DNA of 23,156 bases from Utricularia gibba (GCA_002189035.1 NEEC01000213.1:1-23156), one strand, 5' to 3'. Shown: positions 8,451 to 22,461, counted from the stretch's first letter. Notes: generated from the letters alone by a model not told the origin. A program made the numbers and translations.

Positions 8451-9303
8451 TGGGGGTCGCGCCGGGCATGAGCCCAAAGTCAGTTTTAGCCCGGCGAAAA
8501 AAGGGATGCATTTCTTAGCGTTGGGTTATCACGAGCCGCCTAATTTTTTTTCGTGGAACACCATCTAGTTTTGTGGGGGGCGCTCTCGAGGGGCCCTTGG
8601 CTTGGGCCCCGGGTTCGGTCTGGCTGATGAGCCCACTCTGGTCCCACTCGGCGAAAATCGTGACACATTTGTTGAAATTAGGATGTCACGTGCACCCAAC
8701 ACGGTTTTTTCAACAACACGCTTTATACTTGTGGAGACGCTCTCGGGGGGCACTCGAATCTTCCCATACGTCGTACCAGGCTCGAGCGTAAAGTCATTGT
8801 AGCCCGGCAAAGAAAGTGATGCATTTATTAACTTTGGGTTGTCACGAGCCGCCTAAATGGTTTTCCATGGAACACCTTCTAGTTTTGGGGGGGAGGGGAG
8901 CGGGCGCTGCGCCTCGTCCGGGCCCCGGGAGCCCGGTCCCGTCCGACTCGACGAAAATCGTGATGCATTTGTTGAAGTTAGGATGTCACGAGAACCGCAC
9001 ACGGTTTTTTTCAACAACACACTTTATACTTAAGGAGGAGCTCTCGGTGGGGCACCCTGATCGAGCCGGAGGTCGTGCCGAACTCAGGCCCAAAGTCAGC
9101 AGTAGCGCGCCAAAAAAAGTGATGCATTTATTAACGTTGGGTTGTGACGAGACGCGTATATGGTTTTTGAAGGAACACCTCCTCGTATTGAGGCGGGCGC
9201 TCTCGAGGGGCCCTTGGCCCGGGCCCCGGGTTCGGACGGGCTCATGGGCCCACTCGACGAAAATCATGATGCATTTGTTGAAATTGGGATGTCACGTGCA
9301 CCC
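8451..9303 (+). repeat. A/B ~150-bp monomer sub-array (copy 4)
   Basis: Near-identical to 1451-2299. Confidence 0.9.
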
Positions 9304-9310
9304 CACATTT

Positions 9311-9559
9311 GTTGAGCGAGGACGGCCAATTTTAGAGACTCGATGGGCCATTCTTCGATCAGCGTCCTACTATCTAGTTCAAACTCAAAGTCACATTATT
9401 CTTGCACAATTTCGTATGAATGAATATGGGATATGATCCGTTGGAAGCCCAAGTGTTAGAGAATTTTACTGAATCTGCTGAGCAAGGGGTTGTGAGTTCA
9501 TAACAGCTGTTGAAACCTCTCCAGGGTGGTGTGCGTGGCGTGATGAGCTTTCTACAATG
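9311..9559 (+). pseudogene. PIF/Harbinger transposase C-terminal relic (copy 5)
   Basis: Same as copy 3. Confidence 0.85.
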
Positions 9560-9576
9560 ACAAAAAAAATATTTTT

Positions 9577-10475
9577 ATAATCATGTGATATATGTTTATT
9601 AAAATATAAATAATGTAAATACGTTAGTTATTAAAGCATATACTACATGTGAAAGTTTCTTAGTTTTTAATTTTATTAGCATTCGACCCTTAGTTATACT
9701 TTGGATGGAGTGTGCATTTTTATTTTAATCATTTTAATTAGCATTCGATCCTTGGTTAAGATTCCAATCGAGTGTATATTTTTTATTTGAACGATTCTAT
9801 TTGCATTCGATTCTAAGATATGATGCGGATCGAGCGTATATTTTTTATTTTAATATTTTTATTGGCTTTCGGTCTTTAGACATGATTCGGATCGAGTGGA
9901 GATGGTTTACTTGAAACTTGTGTTAACGCTCGATCCTTAGGAGCAATGTGGAGCGTGTTTACATTGCAAGGGCACACGGGCGTGGGTTGTGCGTAAACCA
10001 CGCCCGTGTGGCATGGCATTGTAATGTATACACGTTCTAAATTGCTCCTAACGGTGGAACGCTAATTAAGATTTAAAATAAATGAATATGCACTCGATCC
10101 AAAGTATACCTAAGGATCTAAGGCTAATAAAAATATGAGAGTGAAAAATATACGCTCGATCCGCAGCATACCTAACGTTCGAATGCTAATAAAAAATATT
10201 AAAATAAAAAATACGCGCTCGATCCGCATTATACTTAAGGATCGAATGATAATAAAAATATTTAAAGTAAAAAAATAGCAAATATGATCTGAATCATAAC
10301 CAAGGATCGAATGCTAATTAAATTGACTAAAGTAAAAATACACACTCCATCCAAAGTACAACTGAGGATCAAATGGTAATAATTAAGTCAAAGAAGCTTT
10401 CACAGTTATCCTACGGTTTAATAAATAATGTATTTCAATTATTTATAATTTAATAAACCTATATCATATGATTAT
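9577..10475. mobile_element. Foldback/MITE-like long inverted repeat (copy 5)
   Basis: Near-identical to 247-1144. Confidence 0.8.
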
Positions 10476-10478
10476 GAT

Positions 10479-10635
10479 TAGAGATGGGCCTGGGTTGGAT
10501 CCATTCAGGTTCGGACCCAACCCGATGAAATTCTGGGTATTACAGTTTGCATGACCCATGGGGTTGTCTTTCTGTTCAACCCGAACGGGTTAAACCCTAC
10601 GGGTTTTGATTGGGCCCGAACCGAACCAAGGGTTT
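10479..10635 (+). mobile_element. Orphan hAT-like terminus (copy 5)
   Basis: TAGAGATGGGC at 10479. Confidence 0.55.
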
Positions 10636-10785
10636 ATCAATTTTATTTTTTATTTTTGGCTTATTGTATTTTATGGTTGTTTTTCTTTTTTTCCACGGCC
10701 GTATGGCCTTGTGGCTGCTGCTCGAGCACGCGGGCATTAACCAAGCCCATGTGGCCTCGTGGTGCTGCTGCGTATGCACACGGGC

Positions 10786-11639
10786 TGGGGGTCGCGCCGG
10801 GCATGAGCCCAAAGTCAGTTTTAGCCCGGCGAAAAAAGGGATGCATTTCTTAGCGTTGGGTTATCACGAGCCGCCTAATTTTTTTTCGTGGAACACCATC
10901 TAGTTTTGTGGGGGGGCGCTCTCGAGGGGCCCTTGGCTTGGGCCCCGGGTTCGGTCTGGCTGATGAGCCCACTCTGGTCCCACTCGGCGAAAATCGTGAC
11001 ACATTTGTTGAAATTAGGATGTCACGTGCACCCAACACGGTTTTTTCAACAACACGCTTTATACTTGTGGAGACGCTCTCGGGGGGCACTCGAATCTTCC
11101 CATACGTCGTACCAGGCTCGAGCGTAAAGTCATTGTAGCCCGGCAAAGAAAGTGATGCATTTATTAACTTTGGGTTGTCACGAGCCGCCTAAATGGTTTT
11201 CCATGGAACACCTTCTAGTTTTGGGGGGGAGGGGAGCGGGCGCTGCGCCTCGTCCGGGCCCCGGGAGCCCGGTCCCGTCCGACTCGACGAAAATCGTGAT
11301 GCATTTGTTGAAGTTAGGATGTCACGAGAACCGCACACGGTTTTTTTCAACAACACACTTTATACTTAAGGAGGAGCTCTCGGTGGGGCACCCTGATCGA
11401 GCCGGAGGTCGTGCCGAACTCAGGCCCAAAGTCAGCAGTAGCGCGCCAAAAAAAGTGATGCATTTATTAACGTTGGGTTGTGACGAGACGCGTATATGGT
11501 TTTTGAAGGAACACCTCCTCGTATTGAGGCGGGCGCTCTCGAGGGGCCCTTGGCCCGGGCCCCGGGTTCGGACGGGCTCATGGGCCCACTCGACGAAAAT
11601 CATGATGCATTTGTTGAAATTGGGATGTCACGTGCACCC
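10786..11639 (+). repeat. A/B ~150-bp monomer sub-array (copy 5)
   Basis: Near-identical to 1451-2299. Confidence 0.9.
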
Positions 11640-11646
11640 CACATTT

Positions 11647-11895
11647 GTTGAGCGAGGACGGCCAATTTTAGAGACTCGATGGGCCATTCTTCGATCAGCG
11701 TCCTACTATCTAGTTCAAACTCAAAGTCACATTATTCTTGCACAATTTCGTATGAATGAATATGGGATATGATCCGTTGGAAGCCCAAGTGTTAGAGAAT
11801 TTTACTGAATCTGCTGAGCAAGGGGTTGTGAGTTCATAACAGCTGTTGAAACCTCTCCAGGGTGGTGTGCGTGGCGTGATGAGCTTTCTACAATG
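11647..11895 (+). pseudogene. PIF/Harbinger transposase C-terminal relic (copy 6)
   Basis: Same as copy 3. Confidence 0.85.
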
Positions 11896-11912
11896 ACAAA
11901 AAAAATATTTTT

Positions 11913-12811
11913 ATAATCATGTGATATATGTTTATTAAAATATAAATAATGTAAATACGTTAGTTATTAAAGCATATACTACATGTGAAAGTTTCTTAGT
12001 TTTTAATTTTATTAGCATTCGACCCTTAGTTATACTTTGGATGGAGTGTGCATTTTTATTTTAATCATTTTAATTAGCATTCGATCCTTGGTTAAGATTC
12101 CAATCGAGTGTATATTTTTTATTTGAACGATTCTATTTGCATTCGATTCTAAGATATGATGCGGATCGAGCGTATATTTTTTATTTTAATATTTTTATTG
12201 GCTTTCGGTCTTTAGACATGATTCGGATCGAGTGGAGATGGTTTACTTGAAACTTGTGTTAACGCTCGATCCTTAGGAGCAATGTGGAGCGTGTTTACAT
12301 TGCAAGGGCACACGGGCGTGGGTTGTGCGTAAACCACGCCCGTGTGGCATGGCATTGTAATGTATACACGTTCTAAATTGCTCCTAACGGTGGAACGCTA
12401 ATTAAGATTTAAAATAAATGAATATGCACTCGATCCAAAGTATACCTAAGGATCTAAGGCTAATAAAAATATGAGAGTGAAAAATATACGCTCGATCCGC
12501 AGCATACCTAACGTTCGAATGCTAATAAAAAATATTAAAATAAAAAATACGCGCTCGATCCGCATTATACTTAAGGATCGAATGATAATAAAAATATTTA
12601 AAGTAAAAAAATAGCAAATATGATCTGAATCATAACCAAGGATCGAATGCTAATTAAATTGACTAAAGTAAAAATACACACTCCATCCAAAGTACAACTG
12701 AGGATCAAATGGTAATAATTAAGTCAAAGAAGCTTTCACAGTTATCCTACGGTTTAATAAATAATGTATTTCAATTATTTATAATTTAATAAACCTATAT
12801 CATATGATTAT
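11913..12811. mobile_element. Foldback/MITE-like long inverted repeat (copy 6)
   Basis: Near-identical to 247-1144. Confidence 0.8.
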
Positions 12812-12814
12812 GAT

Positions 12815-12971
12815 TAGAGATGGGCCTGGGTTGGATCCATTCAGGTTCGGACCCAACCCGATGAAATTCTGGGTATTACAGTTTGCATGACCCATGGGGT
12901 TGTCTTTCTGTTCAACCCGAACGGGTTAAACCCTACGGGTTTTGATTGGGCCCGAACCGAACCAAGGGTTT
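12815..12971 (+). mobile_element. Orphan hAT-like terminus (copy 6)
   Basis: TAGAGATGGGC at 12815. Confidence 0.55.
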
Positions 12972-13121
12972 ATCAATTTTATTTTTTATTTTTGGCTTAT
13001 TGTATTTTATGGTTGTTTTTCTTTTTTTCCACGGCCGTATGGCCTTGTGGCTGCTGCTCGAGCACGCGGGCATTAACCAAGCCCATGTGGCCTCGTGGTG
13101 CTGCTGCGTATGCACACGGGC

Positions 13122-13973
13122 TGGGGGTCGCGCCGGGCATGAGCCCAAAGTCAGTTTTAGCCCGGCGAAAAAAGGGATGCATTTCTTAGCGTTGGGTTAT
13201 CACGAGCCGCCTAATTTTTTTTCGTGGAACACCATCTAGTTTTGTGGGGGGGCGCTCTCGAGGGGCCCTTGGCTTGGGCCCCGGGTTCGGTCTGGCTGAT
13301 GAGCCCACTCTGGTCCCACTCGGCGAAAATCGTGACACATTTGTTGAAATTAGGATGTCACGTGCACCCAACACGGTTTTTTCAACAACACGCTTTATAC
13401 TTGTGGAGACGCTCTCGGGGGGCACTCGAATCTTCCCATACGTCGTACCAGGCTCGAGCGTAAAGTCATTGTAGCCCGGCAAAGAAAGTGATGCATTTAT
13501 TAACTTTGGGTTGTCACGAGCCGCCTAAATGGTTTTCCATGGAACACCTTCTAGTTTTGGGGGGAGGGGAGCGGGCGCTGCGCCTCGTCCGGGCCCCGGG
13601 AGCCCGGTCCCGTCCGACTCGACGAAAATCGTGATGCATTTGTTGAAGTTAGGATGTCACGAGAACCGCACACGGTTTTTTTCAACAACACACTTTATAC
13701 TTAAGGAGGAGCTCTCGGGGGGCACCCTGATCGAGCCGGAGGTCGTGCCGAACTCAGGCCCAAAGTCAGCAGTAGCGCGCCAAAAAAAGTGATGCATTTA
13801 TTAACGTTGGGTTGTGACGAGACGCGTATATGGTTTTTGAAGGAACACCTCCTCGTATTGAGGCGGGCGCTCTCGAGGGGCCCTTGGCCCGGGCCCCGGG
13901 TTCGGACGGGCTCATGGGCCCACTCGACGAAAATCATGATGCATTTGTTGAAATTGGGATGTCACGTGCACCC
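13122..13973 (+). repeat. A/B ~150-bp monomer sub-array (copy 6)
   Basis: Near-identical to 1451-2299; two G-runs are one base shorter. Confidence 0.9.
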
Positions 13974-13980
13974 CACATTT

Positions 13981-14229
13981 GTTGAGCGAGGACGGCCAAT
14001 TTTAGAGACTCGATGGGCCATTCTTCGATCAGCGTCCTACTATCTAGTTCAAACTCAAAGTCACATTATTCTTGCACAATTTCGTATGAATGAATATGGG
14101 ATATGATCCGTTGGAAGCCCAAGTGTTAGAGAATTTTACTGAATCTGCTGAGCAAGGGGTTGTGAGTTCATAACAGCTGTTGAAACCTCTCCAGGGTGGT
14201 GTGCGTGGCGTGATGAGCTTTCTACAATG
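13981..14229 (+). pseudogene. PIF/Harbinger transposase C-terminal relic (copy 7)
   Basis: Same as copy 3. Confidence 0.85.
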
Positions 14230-14246
14230 ACAAAAAAAATATTTTT

Positions 14247-15145
14247 ATAATCATGTGATATATGTTTATTAAAATATAAATAATGTAAATACGTTAGTTA
14301 TTAAAGCATATACTACATGTGAAAGTTTCTTAGTTTTTAATTTTATTAGCATTCGACCCTTAGTTATACTTTGGATGGAGTGTGCATTTTTATTTTAATC
14401 ATTTTAATTAGCATTCGATCCTTGGTTAAGATTCCAATCGAGTGTATATTTTTTATTTGAACGATTCTATTTGCATTCGATTCTAAGATATGATGCGGAT
14501 CGAGCGTATATTTTTTATTTTAATATTTTTATTGGCTTTCGGTCTTTAGACATGATTCGGATCGAGTGGAGATGGTTTACTTGAAACTTGTGTTAACGCT
14601 CGATCCTTAGGAGCAATGTGGAGCGTGTTTACATTGCAAGGGCACACGGGCGTGGGTTGTGCGTAAACCACGCCCGTGTGGCATGGCATTGTAATGTATA
14701 CACGTTCTAAATTGCTCCTAACGGTGGAACGCTAATTAAGATTTAAAATAAATGAATATGCACTCGATCCAAAGTATACCTAAGGATCTAAGGCTAATAA
14801 AAATATGAGAGTGAAAAATATACGCTCGATCCGCAGCATACCTAACGTTCGAATGCTAATAAAAAATATTAAAATAAAAAATACGCGCTCGATCCGCATT
14901 ATACTTAAGGATCGAATGATAATAAAAATATTTAAAGTAAAAAAATAGCAAATATGATCTGAATCATAACCAAGGATCGAATGCTAATTAAATTGACTAA
15001 AGTAAAAATACACACTCCATCCAAAGTACAACTGAGGATCAAATGGTAATAATTAAGTCAAAGAAGCTTTCACAGTTATCCTACGGTTTAATAAATAATG
15101 TATTTCAATTATTTATAATTTAATAAACCTATATCATATGATTAT
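14247..15145. mobile_element. Foldback/MITE-like long inverted repeat (copy 7)
   Basis: Near-identical to 247-1144. Confidence 0.8.
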
Positions 15146-15148
15146 GAT

Positions 15149-15305
15149 TAGAGATGGGCCTGGGTTGGATCCATTCAGGTTCGGACCCAACCCGATGAAA
15201 TTCTGGGTATTACAGTTTGCATGACCCATGGGGTTGTCTTTCTGTTCAACCCGAACGGGTTAAACCCTACGGGTTTTGATTGGGCCCGAACCGAACCAAG
15301 GGTTT
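15149..15305 (+). mobile_element. Orphan hAT-like terminus (copy 7)
   Basis: TAGAGATGGGC at 15149. Confidence 0.55.
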
Positions 15306-15454
15306 ATCAATTTTATTTTTTATTTTGGCTTATTGTATTTTATGGTTGTTTTTCTTTTTTTCCACGGCCGTATGGCCTTGTGGCTGCTGCTCGAGCACGC
15401 GGGCATTAACCAAGCCCATGTGGCCTCGTGGTGCTGCTGCGTATGCACACGGGC

Positions 15455-16308
15455 TGGGGGTCGCGCCGGGCATGAGCCCAAAGTCAGTTTTAGCCCGGCG
15501 AAAAAAGGGATGCATTTCTTAGCGTTGGGTTATCACGAGCCGCCTAATTTTTTTTCGTGGAACACCATCTAGTTTTGTGGGGGGGCGCTCTCGAGGGGCC
15601 CTTGGCTTGGGCCCCGGGTTCGGTCTGGCTGATGAGCCCACTCTGGTCCCACTCGGCGAAAATCGTGACACATTTGTTGAAATTAGGATGTCACGTGCAC
15701 CCAACACGGTTTTTTCAACAACACGCTTTATACTTGTGGAGACGCTCTCGGGGGGCACTCGAATCTTCCCATACGTCGTACCAGGCTCGAGCGTAAAGTC
15801 ATTGTAGCCCGGCAAAGAAAGTGATGCATTTATTAACTTTGGGTTGTCACGAGCCGCCTAAATGGTTTTCCATGGAACACCTTCTAGTTTTGGGGGGGAG
15901 GGGAGCGGGCGCTGCGCCTCGTCCGGGCCCCGGGAGCCCGGTCCCGTCCGACTCGACGAAAATCGTGATGCATTTGTTGAAGTTAGGATGTCACGAGAAC
16001 CGCACACGGTTTTTTTCAACAACACACTTTATACTTAAGGAGGAGCTCTCGGTGGGGCACCCTGATCGAGCCGGAGGTCGTGCCGAACTCAGGCCCAAAG
16101 TCAGCAGTAGCGCGCCAAAAAAAGTGATGCATTTATTAACGTTGGGTTGTGACGAGACGCGTATATGGTTTTTGAAGGAACACCTCCTCGTATTGAGGCG
16201 GGCGCTCTCGAGGGGCCCTTGGCCCGGGCCCCGGGTTCGGACGGGCTCATGGGCCCACTCGACGAAAATCATGATGCATTTGTTGAAATTGGGATGTCAC
16301 GTGCACCC
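15455..16308 (+). repeat. A/B ~150-bp monomer sub-array (copy 7)
   Basis: Near-identical to 1451-2299. Confidence 0.9.
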
Positions 16309-16315
16309 CACATTT

Positions 16316-16564
16316 GTTGAGCGAGGACGGCCAATTTTAGAGACTCGATGGGCCATTCTTCGATCAGCGTCCTACTATCTAGTTCAAACTCAAAGTCACA
16401 TTATTCTTGCACAATTTCGTATGAATGAATATGGGATATGATCCGTTGGAAGCCCAAGTGTTAGAGAATTTTACTGAATCTGCTGAGCAAGGGGTTGTGA
16501 GTTCATAACAGCTGTTGAAACCTCTCCAGGGTGGTGTGCGTGGCGTGATGAGCTTTCTACAATG
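16316..16564 (+). pseudogene. PIF/Harbinger transposase C-terminal relic (copy 8)
   Basis: Same as copy 3. Confidence 0.85.
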
Positions 16565-16581
16565 ACAAAAAAAATATTTTT

Positions 16582-17480
16582 ATAATCATGTGATATATGT
16601 TTATTAAAATATAAATAATGTAAATACGTTAGTTATTAAAGCATATACTACATGTGAAAGTTTCTTAGTTTTTAATTTTATTAGCATTCGACCCTTAGTT
16701 ATACTTTGGATGGAGTGTGCATTTTTATTTTAATCATTTTAATTAGCATTCGATCCTTGGTTAAGATTCCAATCGAGTGTATATTTTTTATTTGAACGAT
16801 TCTATTTGCATTCGATTCTAAGATATGATGCGGATCGAGCGTATATTTTTTATTTTAATATTTTTATTGGCTTTCGGTCTTTAGACATGATTCGGATCGA
16901 GTGGAGATGGTTTACTTGAAACTTGTGTTAACGCTCGATCCTTAGGAGCAATGTGGAGCGTGTTTACATTGCAAGGGCACACGGGCGTGGGTTGTGCGTA
17001 AACCACGCCCGTGTGGCATGGCATTGTAATGTATACACGTTCTAAATTGCTCCTAACGGTGGAACGCTAATTAAGATTTAAAATAAATGAATATGCACTC
17101 GATCCAAAGTATACCTAAGGATCTAAGGCTAATAAAAATATGAGAGTGAAAAATATACGCTCGATCCGCAGCATACCTAACGTTCGAATGCTAATAAAAA
17201 ATATTAAAATAAAAAATACGCGCTCGATCCGCATTATACTTAAGGATCGAATGATAATAAAAATATTTAAAGTAAAAAAATAGCAAATATGATCTGAATC
17301 ATAACCAAGGATCGAATGCTAATTAAATTGACTAAAGTAAAAATACACACTCCATCCAAAGTACAACTGAGGATCAAATGGTAATAATTAAGTCAAAGAA
17401 GCTTTCACAGTTATCCTACGGTTTAATAAATAATGTATTTCAATTATTTATAATTTAATAAACCTATATCATATGATTAT
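16582..17480. mobile_element. Foldback/MITE-like long inverted repeat (copy 8)
   Basis: Near-identical to 247-1144. Confidence 0.8.
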
Positions 17481-17483
17481 GAT

Positions 17484-17640
17484 TAGAGATGGGCCTGGGT
17501 TGGATCCATTCAGGTTCGGACCCAACCCGATGAAATTCTGGGTATTACAGTTTGCATGACCCATGGGGTTGTCTTTCTGTTCAACCCGAACGGGTTAAAC
17601 CCTACGGGTTTTGATTGGGCCCGAACCGAACCAAGGGTTT
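17484..17640 (+). mobile_element. Orphan hAT-like terminus (copy 8)
   Basis: TAGAGATGGGC at 17484. Confidence 0.55.
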
Positions 17641-17790
17641 ATCAATTTTATTTTTTATTTTTGGCTTATTGTATTTTATGGTTGTTTTTCTTTTTTTCCA
17701 CGGCCGTATGGCCTTGTGGCTGCTGCTCGAGCACGCGGGCATTAACCAAGCCCATGTGGCCTCGTGGTGCTGCTGCGTATGCACACGGGC

Positions 17791-18644
17791 TGGGGGTCGC
17801 GCCGGGCATGAGCCCAAAGTCAGTTTTAGCCCGGCGAAAAAAGGGATGCATTTCTTAGCGTTGGGTTATCACGAGCCGCCTAATTTTTTTTCGTGGAACA
17901 CCATCTAGTTTTGTGGGGGGGCGCTCTCGAGGGGCCCTTGGCTTGGGCCCCGGGTTCGGTCTGGCTGATGAGCCCACTCTGGTCCCACTCGGCGAAAATC
18001 GTGACACATTTGTTGAAATTAGGATGTCACGTGCACCCAACACGGTTTTTTCAACAACACGCTTTATACTTGTGGAGACGCTCTCGGGGGGCACTCGAAT
18101 CTTCCCATACGTCGTACCAGGCTCGAGCGTAAAGTCATTGTAGCCCGGCAAAGAAAGTGATGCATTTATTAACTTTGGGTTGTCACGAGCCGCCTAAATG
18201 GTTTTCCATGGAACACCTTCTAGTTTTGGGGGGGAGGGGAGCGGGCGCTGCGCCTCGTCCGGGCCCCGGGAGCCCGGTCCCGTCCGACTCGACGAAAATC
18301 GTGATGCATTTGTTGAAGTTAGGATGTCACGAGAACCGCACACGGTTTTTTTCAACAACACACTTTATACTTAAGGAGGAGCTCTCGGTGGGGCACCCTG
18401 ATCGAGCCGGAGGTCGTGCCGAACTCAGGCCCAAAGTCAGCAGTAGCGCGCCAAAAAAAGTGATGCATTTATTAACGTTGGGTTGTGACGAGACGCGTAT
18501 ATGGTTTTTGAAGGAACACCTCCTCGTATTGAGGCGGGCGCTCTCGAGGGGCCCTTGGCCCGGGCCCCGGGTTCGGACGGGCTCATGGGCCCACTCGACG
18601 AAAATCATGATGCATTTGTTGAAATTGGGATGTCACGTGCACCC
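17791..18644 (+). repeat. A/B ~150-bp monomer sub-array (copy 8)
   Basis: Near-identical to 1451-2299. Confidence 0.9.
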
Positions 18645-18651
18645 CACATTT

Positions 18652-18900
18652 GTTGAGCGAGGACGGCCAATTTTAGAGACTCGATGGGCCATTCTTCGAT
18701 CAGCGTCCTACTATCTAGTTCAAACTCAAAGTCACATTATTCTTGCACAATTTCGTATGAATGAATATGGGATATGATCCGTTGGAAGCCCAAGTGTTAG
18801 AGAATTTTACTGAATCTGCTGAGCAAGGGGTTGTGAGTTCATAACAGCTGTTGAAACCTCTCCAGGGTGGTGTGCGTGGCGTGATGAGCTTTCTACAATG
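18652..18900 (+). pseudogene. PIF/Harbinger transposase C-terminal relic (copy 9)
   Basis: Same as copy 3. Confidence 0.85.
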
Positions 18901-18917
18901 ACAAAAAAAATATTTTT

Positions 18918-19816
18918 ATAATCATGTGATATATGTTTATTAAAATATAAATAATGTAAATACGTTAGTTATTAAAGCATATACTACATGTGAAAGTTTC
19001 TTAGTTTTTAATTTTATTAGCATTCGACCCTTAGTTATACTTTGGATGGAGTGTGCATTTTTATTTTAATCATTTTAATTAGCATTCGATCCTTGGTTAA
19101 GATTCCAATCGAGTGTATATTTTTTATTTGAACGATTCTATTTGCATTCGATTCTAAGATATGATGCGGATCGAGCGTATATTTTTTATTTTAATATTTT
19201 TATTGGCTTTCGGTCTTTAGACATGATTCGGATCGAGTGGAGATGGTTTACTTGAAACTTGTGTTAACGCTCGATCCTTAGGAGCAATGTGGAGCGTGTT
19301 TACATTGCAAGGGCACACGGGCGTGGGTTGTGCGTAAACCACGCCCGTGTGGCATGGCATTGTAATGTATACACGTTCTAAATTGCTCCTAACGGTGGAA
19401 CGCTAATTAAGATTTAAAATAAATGAATATGCACTCGATCCAAAGTATACCTAAGGATCTAAGGCTAATAAAAATATGAGAGTGAAAAATATACGCTCGA
19501 TCCGCAGCATACCTAACGTTCGAATGCTAATAAAAAATATTAAAATAAAAAATACGCGCTCGATCCGCATTATACTTAAGGATCGAATGATAATAAAAAT
19601 ATTTAAAGTAAAAAAATAGCAAATATGATCTGAATCATAACCAAGGATCGAATGCTAATTAAATTGACTAAAGTAAAAATACACACTCCATCCAAAGTAC
19701 AACTGAGGATCAAATGGTAATAATTAAGTCAAAGAAGCTTTCACAGTTATCCTACGGTTTAATAAATAATGTATTTCAATTATTTATAATTTAATAAACC
19801 TATATCATATGATTAT
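18918..19816. mobile_element. Foldback/MITE-like long inverted repeat (copy 9)
   Basis: Near-identical to 247-1144. Confidence 0.8.
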
Positions 19817-19819
19817 GAT

Positions 19820-19976
19820 TAGAGATGGGCCTGGGTTGGATCCATTCAGGTTCGGACCCAACCCGATGAAATTCTGGGTATTACAGTTTGCATGACCCAT
19901 GGGGTTGTCTTTCTGTTCAACCCGAACGGGTTAAACCCTACGGGTTTTGATTGGGCCCGAACCGAACCAAGGGTTT
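19820..19976 (+). mobile_element. Orphan hAT-like terminus (copy 9)
   Basis: TAGAGATGGGC at 19820. Confidence 0.55.
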
Positions 19977-20126
19977 ATCAATTTTATTTTTTATTTTTGG
20001 CTTATTGTATTTTATGGTTGTTTTTCTTTTTTTCCACGGCCGTATGGCCTTGTGGCTGCTGCTCGAGCACGCGGGCATTAACCAAGCCCATGTGGCCTCG
20101 TGGTGCTGCTGCGTATGCACACGGGC

Positions 20127-20980
20127 TGGGGGTCGCGCCGGGCATGAGCCCAAAGTCAGTTTTAGCCCGGCGAAAAAAGGGATGCATTTCTTAGCGTTGG
20201 GTTATCACGAGCCGCCTAATTTTTTTTCGTGGAACACCATCTAGTTTTGTGGGGGGGCGCTCTCGAGGGGCCCTTGGCTTGGGCCCCGGGTTCGGTCTGG
20301 CTGATGAGCCCACTCTGGTCCCACTCGGCGAAAATCGTGACACATTTGTTGAAATTAGGATGTCACGTGCACCCAACACGGTTTTTTCAACAACACGCTT
20401 TATACTTGTGGAGACGCTCTCGGGGGGCACTCGAATCTTCCCATACGTCGTACCAGGCTCGAGCGTAAAGTCATTGTAGCCCGGCAAAGAAAGTGATGCA
20501 TTTATTAACTTTGGGTTGTCACGAGCCGCCTAAATGGTTTTCCATGGAACACCTTCTAGTTTTGGGGGGGAGGGGAGCGGGCGCTGCGCCTCGTCCGGGC
20601 CCCGGGAGCCCGGTCCCGTCCGACTCGACGAAAATCGTGATGCATTTGTTGAAGTTAGGATGTCACGAGAACCGCACACGGTTTTTTTCAACAACACACT
20701 TTATACTTAAGGAGGAGCTCTCGGTGGGGCACCCTGATCGAGCCGGAGGTCGTGCCGAACTCAGGCCCAAAGTCAGCAGTAGCGCGCCAAAAAAAGTGAT
20801 GCATTTATTAACGTTGGGTTGTGACGAGACGCGTATATGGTTTTTGAAGGAACACCTCCTCGTATTGAGGCGGGCGCTCTCGAGGGGCCCTTGGCCCGGG
20901 CCCCGGGTTCGGACGGGCTCATGGGCCCACTCGACGAAAATCATGATGCATTTGTTGAAATTGGGATGTCACGTGCACCC
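20127..20980 (+). repeat. A/B ~150-bp monomer sub-array (copy 9)
   Basis: Near-identical to 1451-2299. Confidence 0.9.
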
Positions 20981-20987
20981 CACATTT

Positions 20988-21236
20988 GTTGAGCGAGGAC
21001 GGCCAATTTTAGAGACTCGATGGGCCATTCTTCGATCAGCGTCCTACTATCTAGTTCAAACTCAAAGTCACATTATTCTTGCACAATTTCGTATGAATGA
21101 ATATGGGATATGATCCGTTGGAAGCCCAAGTGTTAGAGAATTTTACTGAATCTGCTGAGCAAGGGGTTGTGAGTTCATAACAGCTGTTGAAACCTCTCCA
21201 GGGTGGTGTGCGTGGCGTGATGAGCTTTCTACAATG
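20988..21236 (+). pseudogene. PIF/Harbinger transposase C-terminal relic (copy 10)
   Basis: Same as copy 3. Confidence 0.85.
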
Positions 21237-21253
21237 ACAAAAAAAATATTTTT

Positions 21254-22152
21254 ATAATCATGTGATATATGTTTATTAAAATATAAATAATGTAAATACG
21301 TTAGTTATTAAAGCATATACTACATGTGAAAGTTTCTTAGTTTTTAATTTTATTAGCATTCGACCCTTAGTTATACTTTGGATGGAGTGTGCATTTTTAT
21401 TTTAATCATTTTAATTAGCATTCGATCCTTGGTTAAGATTCCAATCGAGTGTATATTTTTTATTTGAACGATTCTATTTGCATTCGATTCTAAGATATGA
21501 TGCGGATCGAGCGTATATTTTTTATTTTAATATTTTTATTGGCTTTCGGTCTTTAGACATGATTCGGATCGAGTGGAGATGGTTTACTTGAAACTTGTGT
21601 TAACGCTCGATCCTTAGGAGCAATGTGGAGCGTGTTTACATTGCAAGGGCACACGGGCGTGGGTTGTGCGTAAACCACGCCCGTGTGGCATGGCATTGTA
21701 ATGTATACACGTTCTAAATTGCTCCTAACGGTGGAACGCTAATTAAGATTTAAAATAAATGAATATGCACTCGATCCAAAGTATACCTAAGGATCTAAGG
21801 CTAATAAAAATATGAGAGTGAAAAATATACGCTCGATCCGCAGCATACCTAACGTTCGAATGCTAATAAAAAATATTAAAATAAAAAATACGCGCTCGAT
21901 CCGCATTATACTTAAGGATCGAATGATAATAAAAATATTTAAAGTAAAAAAATAGCAAATATGATCTGAATCATAACCAAGGATCGAATGCTAATTAAAT
22001 TGACTAAAGTAAAAATACACACTCCATCCAAAGTACAACTGAGGATCAAATGGTAATAATTAAGTCAAAGAAGCTTTCACAGTTATCCTACGGTTTAATA
22101 AATAATGTATTTCAATTATTTATAATTTAATAAACCTATATCATATGATTAT
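21254..22152. mobile_element. Foldback/MITE-like long inverted repeat (copy 10)
   Basis: Near-identical to 247-1144. Confidence 0.8.
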
Positions 22153-22155
22153 GAT

Positions 22156-22312
22156 TAGAGATGGGCCTGGGTTGGATCCATTCAGGTTCGGACCCAACCC
22201 GATGAAATTCTGGGTATTACAGTTTGCATGACCCATGGGGTTGTCTTTCTGTTCAACCCGAACGGGTTAAACCCTACGGGTTTTGATTGGGCCCGAACCG
22301 AACCAAGGGTTT
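22156..22312 (+). mobile_element. Orphan hAT-like terminus (copy 10)
   Basis: TAGAGATGGGC at 22156. Confidence 0.55.
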
Positions 22313-22461
22313 ATCAATTTTATTTTTTATTTTTGGCTTATTGTATTTTATGGTTGTTTTTCTTTTTTTCCACGGCCGTATGGCCTTGTGGCTGCTGCTC
22401 GAGCACGCGGCATTAACCAAGCCCATGTGGCCTCGTGGTGCTGCTGCGTATGCACACGGGC